A stretch of DNA of 64,000 nt from an uncultured Bacteroidales bacterium (GTDB lineage Bacteria > Bacteroidota > Bacteroidia > Bacteroidales > JAIOZK01): assembly GCA_964550205.1 (NCBI GenBank), contig CAZJYD010000005.1, positions 27,639 to 91,638 on the forward strand, written 5' to 3'. Position numbers and translations under genes: made by a program. Of this stretch, positions 1 to 9,561 are shown one piece after another; the stretch's first letter is position 1; the number at the start of each line of letters is the position of its first letter. The notes under the pieces were generated by a model. The model searched no databases. It worked only from the letters and a program-made list of their open reading frames with translations, and had not been told where the DNA came from.

Positions 1-90
1 AATAGAGATTTGTCTTAGCATAGGTGAAAAATAATAACAAGAACTTAAAAAAAGCAAATTTTTACAAAGAAATTTCTCAACACTTTTTAA

Positions 91-987
91 TTATTTAAGA
101 ACATTTTGGTATTCGGAAGAATGTGAAGGATCTATTTCTTTAAGGATATTAACAGCTCTGGTTTTCTCAGTCGGAGAGCCTTCCGAATAAATATTTATTA
201 GCTCATCCCTTTTGGCATCCAATAATAGTTGAATCAGGAACAACCCAGGTCTGTCTTCATGAACTTTTTTGAGGTTTGTTAATGTTTGGGTTATAACCGA
301 TCTTCCTGCATCAGCATTATCATGCATTTTGTCCAGCCCTTTTCGGTGATACTCATAAAGGAATTTCCTTAAGGGTTTGAATCTAGGATTCAGCATATTT
401 TCTACCAGCCAGTAACGGTTATTATTATCTTCAAATGCTTTCCAGCCTGGATAACCTGAATTTTGCGCTGCACTTACAATAGCCTCCGCTTTTTCATAAT
501 AAGGAGATCCTCCATATAATACAAATGAATCAAAATCAAGCCCAAGCATGAAATATAAATAAAAAGCTATTACTGACGTTATTTCAGAGGTGTAAGTGTT
601 TTCAGAAAAATCAAGCGGTTGATTTAATACATATTTGAACTGGAAATCATCATCAACATAGTTAAAGATTATTGAATTGTATGATGAATTGAATACAGGT
701 CTTCTCAAAGCTATATTTAAACTACCTTTAAATTCATCACTTGATACCCTCTGGGTAATTGTTAGCAATATTGAACACTCAATACGTTCTACATTCTCAT
801 ATTGGAAGTTTGTCCATTTTCTGTTGTTTATAAACTCAAAGAGTGCGCTTTGAAGGTCCTCAAAAACTCTTTTCTCTGTACCCTCTACTTGCCTTGAATT
901 TATTTTAACATTGCAATAAAATTCCTGTGAAAATATTGGTAATGCGCTTATAAGAAGTAAAACAATTATAATTAATTTCTTTATCAT
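91..987 (-). CDS. DUF4835-family protein (PorD-like, T9SS-associated), secreted
   Basis: 298 aa ORF with a signal peptide (MIKKLIIIVLLLISALPIFSQ). The sequence pattern and its position next to coaBC match my recollection of the Bacteroidota DUF4835 family. Not verified by search. Confidence 0.55.
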   Translation of the reverse strand: MIKKLIIIVLLLISALPIFSQEFYCNVKINSRQVEGTEKRVFEDLQSALFEFINNRKWTNFQYENVERIECSILLTITQRVSSDEFKGSLNIALRRPVFNSSYNSIIFNYVDDDFQFKYVLNQPLDFSENTYTSEITSVIAFYLYFMLGLDFDSFVLYGGSPYYEKAEAIVSAAQNSGYPGWKAFEDNNNRYWLVENMLNPRFKPLRKFLYEYHRKGLDKMHDNADAGRSVITQTLTNLKKVHEDRPGLFLIQLLLDAKRDELINIYSEGSPTEKTRAVNILKEIDPSHSSEYQNVLK

Positions 988-998
988 TATAAAATTAT

Positions 999-2198
999 TT
1001 AAGACATTAAATCAAAAATCCTGTCTATAATATCTTCAGCAACTTTTTCTTTGTGTTTCAACTCGTATTTTTTTGTTTTACCTTGTTTGTCTATTAATGT
1101 AATTTTATTTGTGTCTGTTCCAAAACCCGCTCCTTTATCCTTTAATGAATTCAAAACGACTATATCAAGATTTTTATTTTTAAGTTTCTTTCTGGCGTTA
1201 TCTAATTCGCTATCTGTTTCAAGGGCAAAACCTACAAGAAATTGTTTTTTTGATTTCCTTTTGCCGAGTTCTTCCAAAATATCTTTTGTAGGTTTAAGTT
1301 TTATTTCTTTAAAATTTTTTTCTTTTTTAATTTTACTACTTTCTTTATTATAGGGTGTGAAATCAGCTACCGCTGCAGACATAATAGTAATATCAGTTTT
1401 ATCATATATTTCAGTAACTGCATTATACATTTCTTCTGCTGATACTACGTCAATTCTGTATATATTAGGATGATCTATATTAAGATGTGTAGGTCCTGCA
1501 ATAAGGTATACTTCAGCTCCTGACTCAGCAGCCTTACCGGCAATCTCAAATCCCATCATACCTGATGAATAATTACCTATGAAGCGCACAGGATCAATAG
1601 CTTCAAATGTAGGACCTGCTGTAACCATCACCTTTTTATTTTTAAATCTTTTGCTTTTTTCAAAATGGTTTTTAATGATAGTTAAAATATTATCCGGCTC
1701 ATTCATACGACCTTCTCCACAAAGACCACTTGCAAGCTCACCTTTAGCAGGGGCGATTAGATGATTTCCTTTTTTTGTGAGCTTTTTTATATTTTCCTGT
1801 GTTGTAAAATGTTGATAAATATACTTATCCATGGCGGGAGCGAAATAAACCGGACATCTTGCAGAGAGATATGTGGCTAAAAGCAGATTATCTGCTATAC
1901 CCTGTACCATTTTAGCAATTGTGTTGGCTGTAACTGGGGCAATCAGAAACAGATCCGCCCAAAGGCCAAGTTCAACATGGCTGTTCCATTCCCCGGCATC
2001 TTTCTTAAAAAAGTCAATATAAACGGGATTATCAGATAAAGCGGATAATGTTAAAGGAGTAACAAAATCTTTTGCATTTCGAGTTAACAGAACTTTTACT
2101 TCAGCTTCCTCTTTTTTCAATAAACGAATTAAATAAGGAATTTTATAAGCAGCTATGCTACCTGTAATGCCAAGCAGAATTTTTTTCCCTTTTAACAT
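999..2198 (-). CDS. coaBC: bifunctional phosphopantothenoylcysteine decarboxylase / phosphopantothenate-cysteine ligase
   Basis: The N-terminal flavoprotein half has GITGSIAAYK and SHVELGLWADLFLIAPVTANTIAKM. The C-terminal synthetase half has VTAGPTFEAIDPVRFIGNYSSGMMG. Length is 399 aa. Confidence 0.9.
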   Translation of the reverse strand: MLKGKKILLGITGSIAAYKIPYLIRLLKKEEAEVKVLLTRNAKDFVTPLTLSALSDNPVYIDFFKKDAGEWNSHVELGLWADLFLIAPVTANTIAKMVQGIADNLLLATYLSARCPVYFAPAMDKYIYQHFTTQENIKKLTKKGNHLIAPAKGELASGLCGEGRMNEPDNILTIIKNHFEKSKRFKNKKVMVTAGPTFEAIDPVRFIGNYSSGMMGFEIAGKAAESGAEVYLIAGPTHLNIDHPNIYRIDVVSAEEMYNAVTEIYDKTDITIMSAAVADFTPYNKESSKIKKEKNFKEIKLKPTKDILEELGKRKSKKQFLVGFALETDSELDNARKKLKNKNLDIVVLNSLKDKGAGFGTDTNKITLIDKQGKTKKYELKHKEKVAEDIIDRIFDLMS

Positions 2199-2207
2199 CG
2201 AATTGAT

Positions 2208-2552
2208 TTAGGTAATTTCTTTATCGTCATTATTTTCTTTCAAGGGATTCCTGAAATAAATTTTCTTATTCAGAAATTCGTAAACAGTAATTAAGGTTGG
2301 TTTTGGAAGGCTCTCGTAAAATTTTGCTATTTCTATCTGTTCTCTGTTTTCAAAGATTTCCTCAAGGTTATCTGTAGTACTTGCAAACTCAGAAATCTTT
2401 TGTTCCAGCTCTGTCTTCATTTCCAAAGCTATTTGATTGGCTCTTTTTGATAATATTACCACTGTTTCATAAATGTTTCCGGATTGCTCGTAAAAATCAG
2501 CTTTGTTTCTTGTAACTGCTTCGTTTTCAGTTTTTATTTTTTTATAATCCAT
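2208..2552 (-). CDS. rpoZ: DNA-directed RNA polymerase subunit omega (Bacteroidota type)
   Basis: 114 aa with NIYETVVILSKRANQI and LEEIFENREQIEIAKFYESLPKP, blocks I recognise from Bacteroidota omega subunits. It lies between bamD and coaBC. Confidence 0.7.
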   Translation of the reverse strand: MDYKKIKTENEAVTRNKADFYEQSGNIYETVVILSKRANQIALEMKTELEQKISEFASTTDNLEEIFENREQIEIAKFYESLPKPTLITVYEFLNKKIYFRNPLKENNDDKEIT

Positions 2553-2565
2553 GTTGTTATAATAA

Positions 2566-3354
2566 TTAAAAATTATCCATTCTTATAAGTGAATTCTCGT
2601 GAAATCTTTTTGCTTCTTTTAAATAATCAGTTTCGGGATATTTATATACTAAATTTTCATATGCTTCAATGGCTTCAGAAAATCTTTCTTCTTGTTTATC
2701 CTTAATACTGTTTGAAGCGTAATGATAATATGATTTAAGAATATGAAAATATATCTGTTCCCTGTATTTTGTATCAGGATATTCTTTCAAGATGTTTTCA
2801 AATGATGTTATTGCAGCCTGATAGTCTTCCATTCTGTAGTATAACTCGGCGATTTCAAATGCTTTTTTCTCAAGCTTTGCCCTTAATTTATCTATTAATT
2901 CATTTGCTTTTTCCACTCTGTCACTTTTTGGATACAGGTCAATAAATAATTGTAATTCTTTAATGGCTGTATAAGTATTTGACTGATCAAGACTGTATTT
3001 TGGTGAATTAAGATAATAACAATAGGCATTCATATATAAGCACTCTTCTGCCCTGTCGGTATTAGGAAAACTTTTTGCATAACGTTTAAAATAATAACTT
3101 GCTAATACATAGTCTTTTTGCTCATAATAACAATACGCCATATAATAGTTCAGCTTTTCAGCTTTACTTGTTCCACGGTAGATCATATTAAGCTGTTCAA
3201 AAAGCATTAATGCCCTGTAATAATCAGCCTCTTCAAAATACTCAATAGCTTTTTCATATTTCAACTCATTATCACTGCTTTTTGCCAGCCTTTGAAATTT
3301 ACATGATACTGAAATGAATAAAACCAATAATATGATTAGGCCTTTTTTAAACAT
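2566..3354 (-). CDS. bamD: outer membrane protein assembly factor BamD (TPR lipoprotein)
   Basis: Lipoprotein signal (LVLFISVSC), TPR-like Y/A-rich repeats throughout, and a conserved position upstream of rpoZ-coaBC. Confidence 0.8.
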   Translation of the reverse strand: MFKKGLIILLVLFISVSCKFQRLAKSSDNELKYEKAIEYFEEADYYRALMLFEQLNMIYRGTSKAEKLNYYMAYCYYEQKDYVLASYYFKRYAKSFPNTDRAEECLYMNAYCYYLNSPKYSLDQSNTYTAIKELQLFIDLYPKSDRVEKANELIDKLRAKLEKKAFEIAELYYRMEDYQAAITSFENILKEYPDTKYREQIYFHILKSYYHYASNSIKDKQEERFSEAIEAYENLVYKYPETDYLKEAKRFHENSLIRMDNF

Positions 3355-3359
3355 GGTGC

Positions 3360-3455
3360 AAAATTAATCTATTTAGTTGAATTGTGAAAACGTATATGTT
3401 ATTTATTTATTTTATTTTAAGCAAGTTGGCATGTAGCATTAAAATTAATCTATTT
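3360..3455. repeat. 15-nt exact direct repeat in the bamD / AOS divergent intergenic region
   Basis: AAAATTAATCTATTT occurs at 3360-3374 and again at 3441-3455. Confidence 0.6.
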
Positions 3456-3505
3456 TATTCTTTTCTAAATAAATAGCTTATCTTTTTATAATAAGATTAA
3501 AATTA

Positions 3506-3513
3506 TAATTTTG
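3506..3513 (+). promoter_or_regulatory. -7 box (TAATTTTG) for the alpha-oxoamine synthase gene
   Basis: Matches TAnnTTTG, 39 nt upstream of the start at 3552. Confidence 0.45.
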
Positions 3514-3551
3514 TTGCCGTTTTAATTAGGAATATTAAAAACTATTTTACT

Positions 3552-4805
3552 GTGGATATATTTAATAAGTTTCAAGAGAATATGGGCCCTTTGGGGCAAT
3601 ATTTTAAACAAGGACACGGATACTACATGTTTCCAAAACTCGAGGGAGATCTCGGTCCCAGAATGCATTTTAGGGGAAAAGAAAGATTAGTTTGGAGTTT
3701 AAACAATTATCTTGGATTAGGTAACCATCCCGAAGTAAGAAAAGCAGATACTGAAGCCACGAAAGAATGGGGCCTTGCCTACCCAATGGGAGCAAGAATG
3801 ATGTCAGGACAAACTAAGTACCATGAGAAACTTGAGAAAGAACTTGCTGAATTCACAGGCCGTGAAGCATCTTACTTATTGAATTACGGTTATCAGGGTA
3901 TGTTATCAATTATTGATGCGCTTGTTGACAGGAAAGACATCATTATTTACGATTCAGAAGCGCATGCATGCATAATTGATGGGATGAGGCTTCATTTCGG
4001 TAAAAGATTTGTATATCCTCATAATAATATGCAAAACCTTGAAAAAGATCTCGAAAGAGCAACAAAGTTAACAGAAAAAACAGGTGGAGGCATACTGGTC
4101 ATCACTGAAGGTGTTTATGGTATGTCGGGGGATTTAGGAAAGCTTAAAGAAATAACTGCATTAAAGAAAAAATTCAATTTCAGATTATTGGTTGATGATG
4201 CCCATGGATTCGGAACAATGGGAAAAACAGGAGCAGGTACTGACGAACATTTAAATGTACAAAAGGAAGTAGATCTTTACTTTGGAACTTTTGCCAAAGC
4301 CATGGCGGGTATTGGTGCTTTCGTAGCAGGAGATAAAAACGTAATAATTTATCTGATGTATAATATGCGTTCCCAGATATTTGCCAAATCATTACCAATG
4401 CCAATGGTTATTGGAGCTCTGAAAAGACTTGAAATGCTCAGAACAAAACCTGAACTAAAAGATAATCTTTGGAAAATCGTAAAAATTTTACAAAACGGTT
4501 TAAAAAAACAGGGCTTTAGTCTTGGAAACACTGAATCGCCTGTTACGCCTGTATTTCTTAATGGTGGTGTTCCTGAAGCAACTCAAATAACATATGACTT
4601 AAGAGAAAACCATAATATATTTTGTTCAATAGTAACATATCCTGTGGTTCCAAAGGGTGTTATCTTAATACGCCTGATCCCAACAGCAGTCCACACAGTA
4701 GAAGATGTAGAATACACTATTAAAGCATTTTCTGAAATAAGGGATAATCTGAAAAATGGTAAATATTCAGAAGGTAAAATACCCGATATTGTGGGAAAGA
4801 AGTAA
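3552..4805 (+). CDS. PLP-dependent alpha-oxoamine synthase family acyltransferase (Kbl/BioF/Spt-like)
   Basis: 417 aa with DDAHGFG and the PLP-lysine block GTFAKAM, plus an LNNYLGLG N-terminal block. GTG start; an ATG 10 codons downstream is an alternative. Confidence 0.8.
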   Translation: MDIFNKFQENMGPLGQYFKQGHGYYMFPKLEGDLGPRMHFRGKERLVWSLNNYLGLGNHPEVRKADTEATKEWGLAYPMGARMMSGQTKYHEKLEKELAEFTGREASYLLNYGYQGMLSIIDALVDRKDIIIYDSEAHACIIDGMRLHFGKRFVYPHNNMQNLEKDLERATKLTEKTGGGILVITEGVYGMSGDLGKLKEITALKKKFNFRLLVDDAHGFGTMGKTGAGTDEHLNVQKEVDLYFGTFAKAMAGIGAFVAGDKNVIIYLMYNMRSQIFAKSLPMPMVIGALKRLEMLRTKPELKDNLWKIVKILQNGLKKQGFSLGNTESPVTPVFLNGGVPEATQITYDLRENHNIFCSIVTYPVVPKGVILIRLIPTAVHTVEDVEYTIKAFSEIRDNLKNGKYSEGKIPDIVGKK

Positions 4806-4885
4806 TTATATACACTCGGTGATAGTTAGGAAGCAATAAAACGATTTCTTATATATATTCCCGTTGTACTGTTGAAAAATAAATT

Positions 4886-5713
4886 ATGCTCAATAGTAAT
4901 AAATATTGGATAATTTCACTGAATGCATTGGTATATTTTTTATTGGCTTATTTATTTATTACAGTGGTTCAGCAATTTTCCACTGCTTTAATAGCCTCCC
5001 TGTTCGATTATAAAATAACTATTTATCATGACTTTATTGCTTATCATGTTAAAAGGAATGAATGGTATCATGATGCTGTAAAACTGATTTTTAGCACCAA
5101 ACCGTTTATTGCAGCTTTTTTCGGTATTGTTTTCTACCTTATTTACCTGAGTGTAAGAACAACCAATGGATTACTGAAACAATTCTTTATGTGGGGATAC
5201 CTGTATGGACTTACTTACTTTTTTGGTTCAATTTTATTTGGAGGAATAATAAATACAGGTTTTGGAAATGTATTAAGCTGGGCATACATTAGAGATACAG
5301 GAAAATTAATTCATACACTTGTTGCAATTGCAGGATTAATAGCAATTGGCCTGAATAGCCCCAGATCGGTTTTGCTTTCTGCTAATACATATTTCAATAA
5401 TCTTAAGGATGAATTAAGACCTAAATTCATGCTATACCAACTAATTATTCCTTTAATAATTGGGCTTTTTATAATTATTTTATTAAAAATCCCCCTGGAA
5501 TATAAAACAGAAACATATGAAATAATAATAGCCCTATGTTTGATAGTTCCTGTATTAATAACTATATTGCGATCAATTCATTATCAGGAATTATTTTTTG
5601 ATGAAAATCCCAGAACTATAAAAGCAGGTAAAATCTCAATAATTGTTCTTATTATTTTTTTTTCAGCTTACCGTTTAATCTTAGGATATGGAATATTTAT
5701 AATTGAGCAATGA
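4886..5713 (+). CDS. polytopic membrane protein, unknown function
   Basis: 275 aa made of consecutive hydrophobic helices. I recognise no motif. Confidence 0.5.
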   Translation: MLNSNKYWIISLNALVYFLLAYLFITVVQQFSTALIASLFDYKITIYHDFIAYHVKRNEWYHDAVKLIFSTKPFIAAFFGIVFYLIYLSVRTTNGLLKQFFMWGYLYGLTYFFGSILFGGIINTGFGNVLSWAYIRDTGKLIHTLVAIAGLIAIGLNSPRSVLLSANTYFNNLKDELRPKFMLYQLIIPLIIGLFIIILLKIPLEYKTETYEIIIALCLIVPVLITILRSIHYQELFFDENPRTIKAGKISIIVLIIFFSAYRLILGYGIFIIEQ

Positions 5714-5761
5714 ATTGATGAAGACTAAGAAAGTTTTTTTACTTTAATCATAAAATAGTTG

Positions 5762-7501
5762 TTAATAAATTAAGAGTTTCTGTGAGGTAAATAGCCTGCC
5801 GGATTGAATACTAATTATGTATCCACCTGGAATAAAATGAGAAATGTCAATAGTTAATTCTTTTTTATTAACCTTTTCTTCATAAACCATATTGCCGGCT
5901 CTATCATATATAAGTATATTATTTATGTTTTTATCTACTTTAACAAAAAGTTTTCCATTATAGCATGGATTGGGAAAGATCTCAAAATTTATTTTATTGT
6001 TGGTTTTAAGATCAGGAATTGATGTTCCCTGTACAAGCTGAATATTATATAAACATGATTCATAATTATTGATGGCTATATTATTAATTGTTTTTGGATA
6101 GTAACCCGGAGCAGAATATATTACATCGTATGAACCTTTATATAAAGGTCTGTAATAATTACCATACGAAATTGAAGAAAACACCCATGAACTGTCCTCA
6201 TCATGGTCATCAATAAATATTTTAGCTTTTATAGGGTCACCGCTAACAGAGTCTGTTATAACACCCTTTATTCCATATTGAATTTGTTTTATGTAGTTTA
6301 ATAAAGAACGGTAGTTATAATTCCAGAATTCAGGTAATTCATTTGCCGGGGTAATCTTTGTATGTGATAATTCAAGTGTAAACTCACGGCATGAATGAAA
6401 ATAATTCATATAATCTTGTCGTCCCCCACTTATAGAATACCAATCATACCCGTTTGTTACACCATTGTTCATATCTGTTAAATAGCCAAAAGGAGAATAT
6501 TGATGTGCTGTATCTGCATATTCTCTGCAAACAAATTTCCACCACTCATTATCAGCATGTCTTGTAAACCAGGTATCCCAGGGATAATTACATAATTCTG
6601 CGCCGCTATGGATATTACAAGACATAATAAAATTACGTTGTTCAGCGAAATCCATAAATATGATGGTTTCAGGTTGCCAGTCTTTTCCATCAGGATGTGG
6701 CCCGTCATCGGGGTCCGGATAATTTCTGTTCAGATCAACTCCGTTAGCATTGAATCTGGTAGCGCCATTAATTGTATGATTACCTGCAGCATATGTTCCA
6801 TCAGGATTTGCAAGAGGATTTATCCAGATATCAACTTCATTTACCAGTTTATTTATATCAGGTAAGGAATCATAGCATGAAAGAAGGTAATCTATCAATC
6901 TAAGCATTAATATATATCCTAATGTCTCATCACCATGCATGGTTGCAGTATATAAAAACTCAGGTTCAAGCTCATCATCATTTGGGTTATCTGTAATTTT
7001 TGCTGCTAATATTTGTCTTCCACTAGACAAGGTGCCAAGGGTTACAATTTTGCATAATTCAGGATAATCTGCCTCAAATTGATTCATAATAGAAACATAT
7101 CCTTCATAAGTAGGATAAAAATCCCATTCATCAGTTATATTAATTTCCCTGGCATCTTTCATTAAGAGATTCTTAATTTCAAGGCCTGGTGGAGTTAGTA
7201 TTTCATAATCATATCCAAACTTGAGAAACTCTCTAAATCCTTTTTTATCTGCATATGCAATAACAGCATTACCATTAGTATTATCAATTGATATAATACT
7301 TGATAGGTTGTTAATTTCCAGTTTATTATCAACTTCAAATTCAAATACCAATTCGGCCCTTCCTTTGGCAATACTATCCCAGTGATGATTATATCCTTCA
7401 GAAAATTGCTGTGCTTTTATTTGTGTATGAAGTGTAAAGAGCAAAACAAATGCCCATGCATCTAAGAAGCAAAACCAATTAATTCTATTAAAATGATTCA
7501 T
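5762..7501 (-). CDS. M14-family zinc carboxypeptidase with a carboxypeptidase-regulatory-like domain and T9SS C-terminal sorting domain
   Basis: Zinc and catalytic motifs HGDETLG, NANGVDLNRNYP, CNIHSGAE and FTLELSH. The C-terminus FEIFPNPCYNGKLFVKV...GGYIISIQSG...KLLIY is a T9SS type-A CTD. Confidence 0.85.
   Translation of the reverse strand: MNHFNRINWFCFLDAWAFVLLFTLHTQIKAQQFSEGYNHHWDSIAKGRAELVFEFEVDNKLEINNLSSIISIDNTNGNAVIAYADKKGFREFLKFGYDYEILTPPGLEIKNLLMKDAREINITDEWDFYPTYEGYVSIMNQFEADYPELCKIVTLGTLSSGRQILAAKITDNPNDDELEPEFLYTATMHGDETLGYILMLRLIDYLLSCYDSLPDINKLVNEVDIWINPLANPDGTYAAGNHTINGATRFNANGVDLNRNYPDPDDGPHPDGKDWQPETIIFMDFAEQRNFIMSCNIHSGAELCNYPWDTWFTRHADNEWWKFVCREYADTAHQYSPFGYLTDMNNGVTNGYDWYSISGGRQDYMNYFHSCREFTLELSHTKITPANELPEFWNYNYRSLLNYIKQIQYGIKGVITDSVSGDPIKAKIFIDDHDEDSSWVFSSISYGNYYRPLYKGSYDVIYSAPGYYPKTINNIAINNYESCLYNIQLVQGTSIPDLKTNNKINFEIFPNPCYNGKLFVKVDKNINNILIYDRAGNMVYEEKVNKKELTIDISHFIPGGYIISIQSGRLFTSQKLLIY
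5765..5998 (-). other. T9SS C-terminal sorting domain of the M14 peptidase
   Basis: The last ~78 aa carry the FPNP...G.Y......K pattern typical of type-A Por secretion tails. Confidence 0.7.
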
Positions 7502-7515
7502 GTTGGATTATTTCT

Positions 7516-8421
7516 TCAGGCCGTTATTTTTTTTAAAGGAGAAATTTTTTCTATTTCTGTTTTAAGATTATACAATACTGATTTCTTTATTTTGGTAAGA
7601 GGTAGTCTGAGATCATTATTGCACAAATCAAGGTAGTTTAGCATAGATTTTATACCAGCAACACTACAATCTTTATCTAAATTATCAATTAACGGTAAAA
7701 ATCTATAATGAATATCCTTTGCTATTTCATAGTTTCCATTTAGTGCGTTTGTTACAAGGCTGGAATACATTTTGGGAAAAACATTTGCCAGGGCCGAAAC
7801 ACCTCCATCTGCGCCAAGCACAATTGAGGAAAATGTATTATAATCACTTCCTTCGATTACAAGAAAATCATCAGGTTTGTAATTTAGAATTAACATGGTT
7901 TTTTGAATTAGTCCTGTAAAATCACAAATACCGTAAATATTTTTATAATCGTTTGCTAATCTTATCAGAGTTTCAGTTTGTATGTGAACACCAAATTCTT
8001 CGGGAGCATTATAAATAAACACCGGCACTTCACTAACAGTTGCTATTTCTTTAAAATGTGCATATACTCCTTTTTGCTTTATTTTTAGATTATAGGTAGG
8101 ACATCCGGATAAAATAGCATCTACCTGATTAAAATCAAGGTTCTTTATCTTGTTAATGGATTCCTGAGTGTTATCAGCCCTGATACCTATTATAACAGGG
8201 ATACGTTTTTGAACAATATCATTAACAAAGTTCATTATTGCGAATTTTTCATCCTTTGAAAGTGAGGCAGGCTCTCCAACAGGAGACATGATCACAAGGT
8301 ACTTAATACCATTAGAAATCACATGTTCAATCAGTCGCTCAAAGGAATTGAAATCTACTGTACCGTATCTATGAAATGGGGTGATCATTGCTACCCCGGG
8401 ACCTTTAAATTTTTGTAACAT
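7516..8421 (-). CDS. dihydrodipicolinate synthase/NAL-family protein, active-site-divergent (Schiff-base Lys replaced by Cys)
   Basis: Collinear with DapA over 301 aa (GVAMITPF, IPVIIGI, VFIYNAP, LANV). However GTTGE is SPVGE, and the IGIKE lysine is Cys166 (NIYGICDFTG; codon TGT at 7926-7924, minus strand). Confidence 0.75.
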   Translation of the reverse strand: MLQKFKGPGVAMITPFHRYGTVDFNSFERLIEHVISNGIKYLVIMSPVGEPASLSKDEKFAIMNFVNDIVQKRIPVIIGIRADNTQESINKIKNLDFNQVDAILSGCPTYNLKIKQKGVYAHFKEIATVSEVPVFIYNAPEEFGVHIQTETLIRLANDYKNIYGICDFTGLIQKTMLILNYKPDDFLVIEGSDYNTFSSIVLGADGGVSALANVFPKMYSSLVTNALNGNYEIAKDIHYRFLPLIDNLDKDCSVAGIKSMLNYLDLCNNDLRLPLTKIKKSVLYNLKTEIEKISPLKKITA

Positions 8422-8423
8422 TT

Positions 8424-8972
8424 TTACTTGTTTATTATTTTAAGATAATGATATACGTTTTCAATATGTGAATCCAGGTTTGTATTATCCTTTTTGCTGA
8501 TTATTACATCGTAAAACTCATTGATTTTACTACTATTACCGCCGATTTTCATTTTTGCCCTCGACAATGCCAAAATAAACAAAACAGGTGTAAGATCATC
8601 ATTGGTACAATCAATAAGTATATCGAAATCCTTTTTAACAAAATTATTATAATATTTACCAAAGGGCTTTCCTGACAAATTTACATTTTTTGGATAAATA
8701 TAATCAAATGAAAGTTTCGGAAGATATTGTTTAGTATCTTTTTTACTTTTTACAATACCTAAAGCTTTGACTTCTTTATTTTCACTTTTCAATTTATTTA
8801 CCAATCTAGTTATACTTCGTTGTACTTCATATGAATCCAAGACATATACTATTCCTATTGTTTTTGCCATATTTAGATTAAAGAACTTCTTATTTCTGTA
8901 TTTCCCTCTAGCGCACCTTATCAATATAAAATGCACAACCCGATATCTGAGCTTTTTGAAAAAATTCTTCAT
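8424..8972 (-). CDS. hypothetical protein (possibly the DUF6913 family that precedes dapA in Bacteroidota)
   Basis: 182 aa ORF that ends 2 nt before the start of the DapA-like gene. The true start may be the internal MAKTIGIVYV. The family name is recollection only. Confidence 0.4.
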   Translation of the reverse strand: MKNFFKKLRYRVVHFILIRCARGKYRNKKFFNLNMAKTIGIVYVLDSYEVQRSITRLVNKLKSENKEVKALGIVKSKKDTKQYLPKLSFDYIYPKNVNLSGKPFGKYYNNFVKKDFDILIDCTNDDLTPVLFILALSRAKMKIGGNSSKINEFYDVIISKKDNTNLDSHIENVYHYLKIINK

Positions 8973-9030
8973 ATTGTATTTGGTTAATAAAGATAGTCAA
9001 GTTTTATTACTTTTCAGTACAAAAAAAATA

Positions 9031-9546
9031 TTATGTTCTATTTACAAAACTACCGGTTATTTCACCAAAATATATTCTATGAAAATCATCCTTATAAAAT
9101 TTTGTAAGGAAATTTTTATCAATAAAATTTTCCTGCTTTATATCTTCAAAATAAATTTTTCTGCATTCAATTATTAATCTTGCTTCTTTAAAGTAAACAC
9201 ATGAATTATTTGTTTGAAGAACCGTTAAGTTGCATTCTTTTGCTTTGTTTACATCTTTGCCTGAGTGGGTTCCACAATAGTTTAAAATGTCCTTATATTT
9301 ATTATCAAAGAAATTAAGGGTATAGAAATCATATTTTTCTGTGAATTGGTATGTAAACCTTTCAGGCCGCACAAATATAAAGGTAACAGGAGTATTCCAT
9401 AAAAACCCGGCTCCTCCCCATGCTGCTGTCATTGTATTATGATTATCCTTATGTCCCGATGCAATCAGCATCCAATCTAAACCGATCAACTTGATAAAGT
9501 TCTCATCAATTTTCGCAGGATTGATTCTTTTAAATTCTTTTTCCAT
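9031..9546 (-). CDS. flavin reductase-like (FMN-binding split-barrel) protein
   Basis: 171 aa. The blocks NTMTAAWGG and FVRPERFTY resemble the flavin reductase domain family. Confidence 0.6.
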   Translation of the reverse strand: MEKEFKRINPAKIDENFIKLIGLDWMLIASGHKDNHNTMTAAWGGAGFLWNTPVTFIFVRPERFTYQFTEKYDFYTLNFFDNKYKDILNYCGTHSGKDVNKAKECNLTVLQTNNSCVYFKEARLIIECRKIYFEDIKQENFIDKNFLTKFYKDDFHRIYFGEITGSFVNRT

Positions 9547-9561
9547 AAAACTATTTTTTAT

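Noticed and set aside
1827-1832. CoaBC decarboxylase motif PAMN reads PAMD (Asp124; codon GAT, minus strand).
   Set aside because: It is a single-nucleotide difference from Asn. Without an alignment of Bacteroidota CoaBC sequences I cannot tell whether this is a normal lineage variant. The rest of the protein is intact.
3359-3366. A TAATTTTG match on the minus strand as the bamD promoter.
   Set aside because: It ends only 4 nt before the bamD start codon. That would imply a leaderless transcript or a start inside the ORF, so I did not call it.
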